Assembly (NCBI GenBank): GCA_018398765.1
Contig: JAHBMJ010000247.1
Coordinates: 1-52,858 of the forward strand
DNA length: 52,858 bases
Reading direction: 5' to 3'
Origin: Chromera velia
Taxonomy: Eukaryota
A model generated the notes under the pieces. That model searched no databases. It saw only the letters and a list, made by a program, of their open reading frames with translations, and had not been told where the DNA came from. Each line of letters opens with the position of its first letter. Within the stretch, counting starts at the first letter, position 1. This document shows, in pieces, positions 1-11,114 of the stretch. The position numbers and the translations under genes were made by a program.

Positions 1-779
1 CTGAATCTGCACTGCTTGCAGGATCTCTTGCTCGCCTTACGAAAGATCTCTCTGCAGTTCCTCCTGAGGAGTGGCTTCCTCTCAAGGGAACAGCCAGAGC
101 GTTGTTGAGAGAGATGGGCCCTGAGGCCCTCAGTACTGCTTTTGCGCTTCTAGATGGACGGTTTTTGCAGGGTGGGGTGGGGATGGAGGTAGGGGAGGGT
201 AAGGGAGGTACGGCATCGCTTTTAACTGGGCGTCCGGGATTCATTGCGGTTGAAGTCGACGACCCGGACCATTTGTTGTTTTCTTCTTCTGAAGAGTGCA
301 GGGAAAGAATGATGAGGTATGTGCGTGACCACGTGAACCTGCCTGCCGACGATGTGCCGAAGGCAGTGGGCAGGGTGTCAAAAAGCGTGCGTGGGTACGT
401 TGCAGATCTGTCTGCCCCAGTTGCTGAGAAGCTAGTGTCTCTTCGTCGTCTTTCAACCGCATCCGGAGGGATGACAGGACAGAGGGGTGGTGCTTCTTCT
501 CTTCACCCTTCCCGAATGCAGGCTGCAGGATTTGTTGATCCTCTCTCTGCCTCCCTGTCAGTTTTGCGACAGGTTCCCTCTCTGCTTCCCGATTCAAAAT
601 CCACGGGGGCGAGACGGCAGAGAAAGAAGGCGCCTTGGCAGATGAGGAATAAGAATGGCATGAGGGCGAACGGGGGTAGGCGAACGAAGACGATTTCAGT
701 CTTGGGTGTTCCTCGTGGTCAAATGAAAAGAGAGGAAGCTGCGTCTCAAATCAAACGCACAGGTACTGTTTATGGATAA
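1..779 (+). CDS. 3' end of a DEAD-box RNA helicase, DDX21/RH3/RH7-like with GUCT domain (5' part outside window)
   Basis: Frame is open from base 3 to TAA 777-779. LSAVPPEEWLPLKGTARALLREMGPEALSTAFALLDG and SLLTGRPGFIAVEV resemble the post-helicase/GUCT region of DDX21-type helicases (LDSVPP...A..L.EE.G.VEALAAALA..SG; SL.....GFVT). Confidence 0.6.
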   Translation, partial: ESALLAGSLARLTKDLSAVPPEEWLPLKGTARALLREMGPEALSTAFALLDGRFLQGGVGMEVGEGKGGTASLLTGRPGFIAVEVDDPDHLLFSSSEECRERMMRYVRDHVNLPADDVPKAVGRVSKSVRGYVADLSAPVAEKLVSLRRLSTASGGMTGQRGGASSLHPSRMQAAGFVDPLSASLSVLRQVPSLLPDSKSTGARRQRKKAPWQMRNKNGMRANGGRRTKTISVLGVPRGQMKREEAASQIKRTGTVYG

Positions 780-1029
780 TCATGGGTAGCTATCTGAACG
801 AGCAGTGTCGAGTGGACACACACATAGACGTGCAAGAACTAGGCGACACACAGTGATTAAAAAACTACTATAGTAGTTAAAAAAAAAAGAAACATGAAGG
901 AAACAAAATCTTGAAAGGTCTGTTTTTCTTTTTTCAAAAAATAAATCAAAATGATGATTGAAGCGCACTCCTAGGCGCACTCAAGCTAAAAGTTTATGAT
1001 TCACGTATGTTTGTAAGTATGTTTCTAGG
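435..1029 (+). repeat. Left arm of a ~0.6-kb inverted repeat (helicase 3' coding end plus 3' flank)
   Basis: Reverse complement aligns to 1878-2444. Both arms encode RLSTASGGMTGQRGG...KRTGTVYG. Confidence 0.95.
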
Positions 1030-1877
1030 CCGGGGCCTAGGCCGGGGCACTGCTTGAATCCGGCGGGCCGCATGCTACAAATCGTCTCTGATCTTGTATT
1101 GTGCCAGTATGAGCCTTTTGCGAACGATCTAGTATGATATGGGCTAGTTGATTTTGTTTAACAGATTCGATCGATCGACTTATTAACGTATCAGGAAAGG
1201 TCTTGACACCTAGGCCTGAGGGGTTGGTCTAAAATGGTCTAAAACGCTCTACTACTGCTCTAGAAAACACTCGATCTACATGCAGGTATCTGAGTGACCT
1301 CTCGACGGTGCAAATCGAGGCCTAGCAGCTAGCCTGGCAGTGGATTGCAGGGCAATCTGGAACATTAATCCTTTCATATCCCATCCTTTCCAAAGACTAA
1401 GGCACCTCTGTCCGGGGTGTGTGCTTAAGACTATTAAAAGCGAAGGGGCCACCTAGTCTTGTAAGCCTTCAAATGCCTCATCGAACCTAGGTTGGGTAAC
1501 AAATTTCTGTATGACATGCCGGGTTAGCCAGAGTGGCAGAGCTTAAGTGGTGGCTCACCAGCTTTAACCTAACTCATTCATTCAAGTTTGAATATTAATT
1601 TAATAATAATTTTCGAGTACTTTAGCTTATTAATCTGAAGTAATTTAAAGTAGCTTAAAGTAATTTAGACTAGAATTTAAAATAGTAAACTGAAATATAA
1701 TTTTAAAAGCTTAACTACTAATTTTAATTGGTTAAACATTAAGTTAAACTAGGTTAAACAGTTACTTAAACTTTGGAGGTGCATATTTAGGCGACCACAG
1801 TGATAAAAAAAAAAAAGAAAAAATCTAGAGAAGCATATATTCAAACTTGTATCATAAGTTGTATGGTAGTATGAGAC

Positions 1878-2444
1878 CTAGTATAACATACCTAGAAACA
1901 TACGTGAATTATAAGCTTTTAGCTTGGGTGCGCTTCAATCATCATCTTTATTCATTAAAAAAAAAAGAAAAACTCACCTTTCAAGATTTTGTCCCCTTTT
2001 TTATTATCACTGTAGACTGTGTGTCACCTAGTTCTGCGTGCATGCACGTCTATATGTGTGTGTCTGCTCGACACTGCTCGTTCAGATAGCTACCCATGAT
2101 TATCCATAAACAGTACCTGTGCGTTTGATTTGAGACGCAGCTTCCTCTCTTTTCATTTGACCACGAGGAACACCCAAGGCTGAAATCGTCTTCGTTCGCC
2201 TACCCCCGTTCGCCCTCATGCCATTCTTATTCCTCATCTGCCAAGGCGCCTTCTTTCTCTGCCGTCTCGCCCCCGTAGATTTTGAATCGAGAAGCAGAGA
2301 GGGAACCTGTCGCAAAACTGACAGGGAAGCAGAGAGAGGATCAACAAATCCTGCAGCCTGCATTCGGGAAGGATGAAGAGAAGAAGCACCACCCCTCTGT
2401 CCTGTCATCCCTCCGGATGCGGTTGAAAGACGATGAAGAGACAC
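1878..2444 (-). pseudogene. Inverted duplicate of the helicase 3' end (right arm)
   Basis: Minus-strand ORF 2100..2636 carries the same C-terminal ~110 aa with a few transitions. Its N-terminus comes from the adjacent tandem repeat. Confidence 0.9.
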
Positions 2445-2475
2445 CGGGCAGGAAGGAGCATCACGTGACAGAATA

Positions 2476-4038
2476 GTCGCAAGAAGGACGGCAAGGACGG
2501 CGTTAGCAACGGTGGAGGCGGAGGCAGGGTGGTCGTATCGGTTGGTGGATGCAAGGGAAGGAAGAGGGAAGGGAGAGCAGGAGGAGACATGCACCATCCG
2601 TATATTTATCGATATTATTATATATTGATGTTGCATGCATAGAGGCCGGATGGAAAAGAGTTTGTAGAGCTAGAAAAAACATGCAACAGACTATGTGCAA
2701 ATACGGAAAATGCACGCAAATTCCTTTCTGACATACAGTGCATGTAGCCTACCACTTTTGTTCCTTTTCCCCTGTGCATTTCTACAAACCGAGCCGGAAT
2801 ATCCGATTTCGCCGATTGTCACCTAAACTGGCCAGGGTACTAGGGGAAGGGCGGGACTACAGCATACACTGCATGCGGCCTACACTAGTGCTAATCATTC
2901 ATGCACAATTCAAAAGAGGACAACGGTTACCATTCTCAAATGACAAGAAAATGACAGTCTGTCTTCAGTGGGAAAGAAGAAGCACTTTAATGTCTGCTGA
3001 CTTGTCATGAAGGTCTACCCGGCACTTGATCAACGCAATGAAGAGAACGGTTGCAAAAAGGACGGCAGGGACGGCATCAGCAACGGTGGAGGCGGAGGTG
3101 GGGTGGTCGTGTCGGTCGGTGGATGCAAGGGAAGAAAGAGGGAAGGGAGAGCAGGAGGAGACATGCACCGTCCGTATATTTATCGATATTATTATGTATT
3201 GATGTTGCATGCATAGAGGCCGGATGGAAAAGAGTTTGTAGAGCTAGAAAAAACATGCAACAGACTATATACGCAAACATAGAAAATACATGCAAATTCC
3301 TTTCTGACACACACTGCATGTAGCCTACCACTTCTGTTCCCTTTCCCCTGTGTATTTCTGCAAACCCAGCCGGAATATCCGATTTCGCCGATTGTCACCT
3401 AAACTGGCCAGGGTACTAGGGGAAGGGCGGGACTACAGCACACACTGCATGCGGCCTACACTAGTGCTAATCATTCATGCACAATTCAAAAGAGGACAAC
3501 CATTGTCAAATGATAAAAAAATGATAGTCTGTCTTCAGTGGGAAAGAAGAAGCACTTTAATGTCTGCTGACTTGTCATGAAGGTCTGCCCGGCAGTTGAT
3601 CACCGCGGTGAAGAGAACGGTCGCGAGAAGGATGGCAGGGACGGCGTCAGCAACGGTGGAGGCGGAGGTGGGGTGGTTGTGTCAGTCGGCCGGTGGATGC
3701 AAGGGAAGGAAGAGGGAAGGGAGAGCAGGAGGAGACATGCACCGTCCGTATATTTATCGATATTATTATATATTGATGTTGCATGCATAGAGGCCGGATG
3801 GAAAAGAGTTTACAGAGAAAAAACATGCAACAGACTATATGTGCAAACATAGAAAATACATGCAAATTCCTTTCTGATACACACTGCTTGTAGCCCACCA
3901 CTTCTGTTCCCTTTCGCCTGCACATTTCTGCGAACTCAGCCGGAATAACCGATTTCGTCGATTGTCACCTAAACTGGCCAGGGTATTAGGGGAAGTGCGG
4001 GACTACAGCATACACTGCATGTGGCCTACACTAGTGCT
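2476..4038. repeat. Tandem array of ~570-576-bp units (~2.7 copies)
   Basis: Units start near 2476, 3050 and 3620. Shared blocks include GCAACGGTGGAGGCGGAGG, TATATTTATCGATATTATT and CCTACACTAGTGCT (CTAG at 2885, 3461, 4031). Confidence 0.95.
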
Positions 4039-5589
4039 CAAGGTGACTGACATTCTCAAACTCCTCAGGGCTGGGCATTGGAAGAGTTTGCCTTCTGGTA
4101 CTCTTGCATTCGCTGCAGGAGATCACCATGCAGTTATGTATGCAGAATTGATCTCATACAAGAGAACATTGCCAACTGTGAGTGAGTACTCTGTTTTGTC
4201 TGTTTATTTTCTTTATACGGCTACTCTGCTCTCACAGAGGTCCTGTCCTTATATGTTTAGCAAAGAAGAGTACAGCAAAATACACAGCAGAAAGCGAAAA
4301 CAAAGAAAAGACATCGCTTTTGCACTCCCTGCGATATAGTCTGTACGCCTACCTGTTTGGTTCTTTGGTTCAGAATCTTTTTCATCTTCTTTCTCGTGGT
4401 TCCGTCGCCCACTGAGGCTGTGGTCGTGTCTGTGCCCTTCTTCTTCTTATTTTTTTTCTTCTTTTTTGAGATCTTTTTCTGCAGAGAGAGAAAACAGGGT
4501 AACATGTTTCGGACCATTCAACACCGGCACTGCCCACTCTCTGCTCGATGAGAAAGTGTGAATCAACACGGAGGGGGGGACAAGGCATTCGTACTGCATT
4601 CAGCGGGGGGTTGGGGAAGAACGGCGGCCCAGAAAAGGGAGAGGGGGAAGGGAAAACGGAAGAGAACTTTAAAATTGAGACTCAGGGGGGAAGATAAAAT
4701 ATCAGAAAAGCAGACTGGATAGAGAGCACTCGGGCGCAGAAACCTCCTTGGATGGGTTGGAGAGGGGCATACCAAAAAATACACTACCACCTACCTAGAC
4801 AGCTGTGGCGGAAGTTTCACCGTTCTGCAGAAACGTAAAACAAATACACGGAAAAAGCAGGACAAGGAGGCTTGATATACAGATTCTCTAAAACTTCACT
4901 AAGGGAAACACGTGGGAACATCATTCCGAGTGCTTCTGGGCATGTAGTGAACCGACCATTCTGAGGAGCTTGAGATTGCATGTGCACCCCTCGATGCCAT
5001 CGGGGCAAAGCACGAAGTCCTCCTCCATGCGAGCTGGCATTGCAAATTCAGAAGGGATCAAAATTCGAAAAAAAGGAGCTCTTTAGCTCTCTATACCTCT
5101 TTTTCCCTCTCTGTTGGACTGCCCTGTTTCTGCGCGATGGCTCCGGCAGTCAACTTTCCGGGGGTAACGTGACGGCCTGTAAGGAGTCCGCTGGGTGCCT
5201 TCTGCTGGAAGGGGAGCTGGGTCAAATGTACAGGACTGCACTTGAGAAGTGCACAATCTCTACGGTAGCCGCAATGTAATAGAAGCTCACGAGGGTCCAT
5301 CGTGTTTTTTCAAAGTAGAAAGCAGGAACTTAATGTGTTTGAAGAGTGTTGCACAGATCTGAAGTCGGAGGATCAGGCTGAAGTTGGAGGATTTGATCGA
5401 TCGAAGTAAGAGGATCCTGAAGTCGGAGGATCTAAAATATACAGTACACTGTTTTTTCATGAAACACCACGAACGGTACGAAAGTAACGAAACGCTGTAA
5501 TACGGCGTAGTACGATGTTTTTTGGCAATGCTGGACCGTTTGAGAGTGTAATTAAGTGTTTTTCAAATCATAGTTAATAAGAAAATTAT

Positions 5590-5891
5590 AGAAAGATTTA
5601 TATGTGATGTAACGGCCCTCAGGCCACAGGCACACAGCACTCTTACGTTACTCCTGTTTCTAGAGGTTGTGTCAACAGAGTCTCTTTCTCAACTTTATAT
5701 GAGCAGCAGTCTCTTGTTTTATCTGACTCCTCAATACGAATTTAATTACTGCAATGCATGCATTTGCATACATGCATTTAATTCTGCATGCATGGATTTG
5801 CAAGATATCCACGCGCTCGGTCTTGGCTCAATGGAAGGACGCCACGCCGCGGAGCCGGTTGGCTGGTGCCGGTCCCACTGCGCGTCTTTCT
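5590..5891 (-). repeat. 3' LTR of the copia element
   Basis: AGAAAGA...TCTTTCT; about 16 substitutions against 10813-11114 (manual count). Confidence 0.95.
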
Positions 5892-5956
5892 CACGGGGGT
5901 CCCCCCCATCTTGTTCAAATCCTTTTCCTTGTTCGTTTCTGTCCTCTTGCTTCTTT

Positions 5957-8900
5957 TCATACAAATTCTTTGCCTGGCCAGCAGGGTTTTGTTAGTGCGT
6001 TACCCATCTGAACTTGACGCCTATACCACATCACTTTCCCCCCAGTCCTGCCCAGTTCTTGGATCACGAAGTCCAACATCCCTTGGGATGTTCCGTCTGC
6101 TGCGACCCCCGATCTCAACTGTTCAAACAGGGGGTTGCAATCGGTAAAGAAAGTGACTAGTGGTTCGGTCCCCCACATCTGTGTTGACAGGGATTTGATG
6201 CATGGGAGATGTTTGACTACGCTTTCGAATGCGGTGGCTTCAGCTGCTGTGCTGCTCCCATGCTTGTGATTATATTTTTCTGTATGCCAGCTTATACAAT
6301 TCTCCCATAGATTCACTAGCTCTAACGCCTTCTCGGGTGTCCATCCTTCCTCTACGAGGAAAATCAGCTAACCCAGCCTCCCACTGTAGGTCTTGCGGGA
6401 ATAGGCGGAGTCAGGCATGATCGCTAGCATCATTCTCTTCAAACGGTTCAGTGCTCTCATACAGAGGGGCTCTTTCTTTTCTTTGAGCATTTCTATTACT
6501 CTGATGCCTGCCCGCACAATCCGTCTGCAAGGCCGTGTGGAGTGATAGCTCAACACATCAGCCCATACCCGTCTGTTTGGTCACGTCCTCACCATCCAGT
6601 GAGGGACTCCGTTGATGCTTCTCATCAGGGGTTCCAACCTTCTTTCCTTCTCTTTCTCCATTGCAGGTTCAAGCTCGGCTGCTCTGACTTCTCCCCCCTT
6701 TCTTTTCTCCCCCAAAACCCTCCATATGGCATCCGTGTTCACCCCTCTGCAGTAGGAGTCTTGGGAGATTTCGGCTGTACTATGGGAGAACATGAAGTCC
6801 ATACCTGCATATTTGATTGATGACTGAGGGGGGAGCTCCCGCAGGTGCCCCCAATCGAACTTTGTCTTCAGAAACTCGATCTCTCCCTCCATCTCCTTTT
6901 TTCCTTTTCTTCCCCCAAACACGTCGTTAATCCAGTTGATCTGAACACTATCAGCAGGCTGTCCAGATTCTCCTACCTTAATCGCGACCCCCGTTTCTAC
7001 GCGTTTGTAGCCTGCCTGTCCTTGCACTTCGGCAAGGCTCTTATCGAATATGTTTCCTGAGTAGGGCATTCCATAGAGGCCCTTCTCAATCAACCGCAAC
7101 TCTCCCAGCTTGATGGCCAGGGCGGCTCTGTGCAGCTCTGCACAGTCTTCATCATTGATGTCATCATAGGGGTTTGTGTCTGGGATTTTAGGCAGCCAAT
7201 CAGGGATGATAACGGCTGCGCATTTCTCGTTTCTGTCAGGGGCTGTAAGGAATGCACTAAAGATGTCTCCGGCGAACAGATTCAGAGAGAAAGTCAAAGA
7301 AAAGATAGCAAAGATCAGAATAGCCTAGACAGAAGGTGTGCCAACATAAGTATCGACCGCCTTCTTGTCCGTGAAACCCTTACCAAAGCACCTCGCTTTC
7401 GACTTTCTGTTGATTCCCTGCCTCTGCCTTCCTTCGTTCTCATCTCCAGTTCTTTTCATCCTTCCTTTCCTGCCTTTGTACTTCTAGGGCTGTTCCCCCT
7501 CTCTGTCGTACTGCAGCCTGTCACCCTTGCCCATGGTTTGTCTTGATTGTGCTGCCTTCTCTTCTTCCTGTCTGTTCTCTTCCTTCTCTTTCTCTACCTG
7601 CTGGGTTTCCTTTTCTTTCCATGTCAGCCTCCAGCCTATTTGCATGACAGAGTCAACTTCCTTCCTATCGACTACCCTGCCCAGAACCCCCTTACCTACA
7701 ATGTTCTTCAACCACTCGTCTCGGCACGCGACATCGAAGTCCCCCCTTGCGACCTCCTCCGGGAGTGCAGGAGTCTGGGTGGACCCCTGCTTGAAGTCAT
7801 CGAGGACCGTGAGTAGATGCTCAGGGTCGGGGCCCAGGTAGAAGCAGTCATGGGTAGGGGCAAGGAAGAAGACGTTCTAAGCGGGAGGTCGCTCATCCAG
7901 GTCAAACCCAGGGGGTCCCCCACTAGATTTCTCTCCATTATCTCTCGTCTCTTCCTGCTCTGCCTCCCTGTTCCTTCTTTCTTCACCCAACTGCCCACCA
8001 GTCAGAGCATCAGGTGCAAGATGATTCTCTCCAAAAAGAGAATCGTTGTCGTTGCTGTTGTCTCTACCCCCCGCAGCTTGAACTTCACCCCCCTCTGCTT
8101 GATCTCCGGATTGTCAGTGCCACCCCCCTGGCTTGATAGCCCCAGAGGGATTTGGGGTATGAACCGAACCGACGTTTCTATTCGGCTTTGAGGGCTGCTA
8201 GCTTGGTTTTTCTGTGGCGGTTCTTTCTTTCCACAAACCCGAGTGGCCCCTTTTCTCCTGCAGGGTTATCGAGGAACGTCATGCCTCTGCGTTCAATGAA
8301 ATCTCCTAGTGGTTCTCCATGAAATTCGGGTGCCTTGTCATATCAGATTCTGCCTGCTACGGCTTTCAAACCTTCCTTCTAGAATTGAACATGATCCCCA
8401 AACGACTCCATAAACTCAATGTGGTCACGCACTCCATCAACGGAGTGGTTACGGGAGTTGAGGGGATAGTCGAAATCGAGGCCACTATACTCATCTAATA
8501 CACTCAGGCAGCATGCATAAGGCCCGTTGACCTCATCATCATTTGGGAACCAGTGATCGAGTTGTATGATTTAGAAGGGCCCACCCGCATCCTCATATTG
8601 GGTGGGGACAGGTGTTAGAGTGGGAATGGTTGTGTTTTTGAGGGAACACAGCCGGCACTCTGTCTCAAGCCTTTTCCAGTCTTCAGTCCTTGCGTGCATC
8701 CCCCTGCTTGCCAGTGTGGGCTCTAGTTTGTCTTGACCGACATGTTCGAATCGTCTGTGATGTGCCCTAAGTTTCTCAAAACTGATTGTTCTCTCTCTGA
8801 TTGCCCATGCCTCCCCAGTCTTCTGCATTGCTTCTTTGACTTCGTCTGCTGTGGGAATGGATGTGGTTGTGAATGAAAGGTTGGAGGTGGCGTCTCCCTT

Positions 8901-10792
8901 AAGATTCTCAACTACCACCTCAACAAGAAAACCCCTCGCGTCTCGCACAATCACGTAGGAGTCCTTTCCCTCACGACGGAGGAGGGTTTCCCCCTCCTCA
9001 TGATCTTCCCACATCAGATAGGGGACTGGGTCTTCAGTCAGATACACCCACAAGAGCAGAACCTTCCATCCTTTCTCTCTCACTCAATTCTTTTGGGCAA
9101 TGCAAGCGAGACGAGAGATCTGAATTTTCTTTAGGGATTTTTGCAGAGCCACTCCGAATGAACCCTCACACGGCTCACTCCAGACTACCATCCCCCCAAG
9201 CTCTTTCTCCCAGCCAAGAGGTGTAGTCGTACATGAGTCTATGTGCATCCGTACAGACAGGCGGCCTGGCGGATCAACTTGACTGACCATTGACTGAACT
9301 TGTTTTGGGGGATCGGGTGGCTTCCTCTCGATCTCGTGCTCTGGAACTACGTACGCCTTGTGCGTCTCCGTCACAAACCAGGGCTTCGGTGCCCTATCAC
9401 GGAACTGAAACGTGATGCCCTGTTATTGTTTGATGATCCCTCCCTCCGCATCCTGAGAATATCACAAAGGGATAGAGAAAAGAGATGAGAAAGGAAGAAC
9501 AGTCATACACATATGCTGTCAAAAATGTTCAGAAAGGTGGCCTGCCTTCTGAAATGCTTTCCCAGTCAGGGCATTCTGCCCCCCAAATCTGCTGACCTCA
9601 TTGTAGTCAGGTGATTGCTCTTAACTTTTCCACTCGTCAGCAGCGTATGCCGCTTTTCCGTTGTATCAACCGGGGCCACCTCCACGCACTGCCTGCATCC
9701 CTCCACGTCCTCTGTACGCCTGTGGACGCCCCCTGCCTCGAGGGTTGGATGAGGGAGATAAAGGGGACTGCTGCTGTGCCTTCGCCTTCTTGTCACGGCA
9801 GCATTGGGTGAAGTGCCCCGTCCTCTGACAGATGTTGCAATGAGCCGATATCCCAGGGCATTCGTTGTATATTAGCCACTCGGCATCATGCCCCCCCTTC
9901 CGACCATATCTGGAGCAGTCTTTCTGTTTATGGGATCCATTCTGTCCCTCTGCTCTCCCCTGCTGACTCTCTTGATAACCTCCTCTTCCTGACCCTGCAT
10001 TGCCCCTGCCTCTGCCTCCCTTGTGGCTTTTCCCCCTCGAGGGAAACCCTGCACCCCCAATAAATGTAACCTCCTCCTTCACAATGGGAGACTTCTGTTT
10101 GGGGGGGTTTGGCGTAGAGCCTTGTGCTTTGACCCAGATAGGGGGGCCACCAGGAGGCTCATTGATAGCGTTGGTATGGGATTTAGCAGTAAGCCTTTTA
10201 GCCTCCACCATCATCTTGTCATAATCCGACAGATCGTCCTCATCCCAATCATTCTCCATCTTCTTCTGGTTATACTGGGGAAAGCAAGCAAACATGGCCT
10301 CTCTTCTCAACGATATAAGGACATCGCTCTCTGCGCCACAATTCTTCATTTCCTTAACCAGGGTCTCAAAAGAGTCTACCATCAGTTGGAAGGATTTATA
10401 TCTGTATCCGTTATCGGTAAGGGTCCGCCACTGTCGAGCGTTCTATTTCTTCTTTGTTCACGAGGTCTCATCCAGAAGTTGTTTCACCTTGTCCCTTAAT
10501 ACGTCTCTCTACTTGACCCACTCAATCTTCCCACCGAAATGAAAAGTGGTGTCGAGAGGGTTTTTCTTTTGGTCAAACAACAATTGAATGGAATTGCCTA
10601 CGATGTAATGGTTACGGGTTGCTGCGTAAATTCTGCAGCATGACAGCTGGCTTGCCACTGAGCAATTTGCTCTTCTGAGGCACCAAACAGTTTCTGATCT
10701 CCTTCAGTCCTGTTTTTGCAAGAATCCCACCAGGGCTGAAAAGTGTTATTCGCTCCTAATACAGGGAAAGGCGAACCACTGGAGTCAGACAT
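5957..10792 (-). pseudogene. copia gag-pol polyprotein with many in-frame stops and a frameshift near 8250
   Basis: Zinc knuckle CNICQRTGHFTQC; protease MHIDSCTT; pre-integrase HHRRFEH...CRLC; integrase QLDH, RI*YDKAPEF, GFVERKNR; RT GDIFSAFL, LIEKGLYGMPYSG, WINDV, T*PN; RNase H DSAY, SSTAAE, TDCNP, NALTKP. Confidence 0.92.
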
Positions 10793-10812
10793 TCTCTCGC
10801 TGGATCATTACC

Positions 10813-11114
10813 AGAAAGATTTATATGTGATGTAACGGCCCTCGGGCCACAGGCACACAGCACTCTTACATTGCTCCTGTTTCTAGAGGTTGTGTCAATA
10901 GAGTCTCTTTCTCAACTTCATATGAGCAGCAGTCTCTTGTTTTATCTGACTCCTCAATCTAAATTTAATTACTGCAATGCATACATTTGCATACATGCAT
11001 TTAATTCTGCATGCATGGATTTGCAAGATATCTATGCGCTCGGTCTTGGCTTAATAGAAGGACGCCACACCGCGGAGCTGGTTGGCCGGTGCCGGTCCCA
11101 CTGCGCGTCTTTCT
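10813..11114 (-). repeat. 5' LTR of the copia element
   Basis: Direct repeat of 5590-5891. The gag ATG at 10792 follows on the minus strand. Confidence 0.95.

Larger units (their letters stand above)
5590..11114 (-). mobile_element. Ty1/copia LTR retrotransposon, full length, inactivated
   Basis: 302-bp direct LTRs; 5-bp TSD ATTAT (5585-5589 and 11115-11119); minus-strand domain order gag-PR-IN-RT-RH. Confidence 0.95.

Noticed and set aside
4040..5280. Exon-like fragments (KVTDILKLLRAGHWK..., GTGAGT...CACAG)
   Set aside because: No coherent gene model or recognisable domain could be built.
9453..9508. Apparent GT-AG intron (GTATGA...pyrimidines...CTCAG) between copia gag and protease
   Set aside because: Gag and protease are already in one frame, interrupted only by point stops. 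Removing 56 nt would break the frame.
10801..10812. GGATCATTA resembling an 18S rRNA 3' end
   Set aside because: No surrounding rRNA sequence, so not an rRNA gene; kept only as a PBS speculation.
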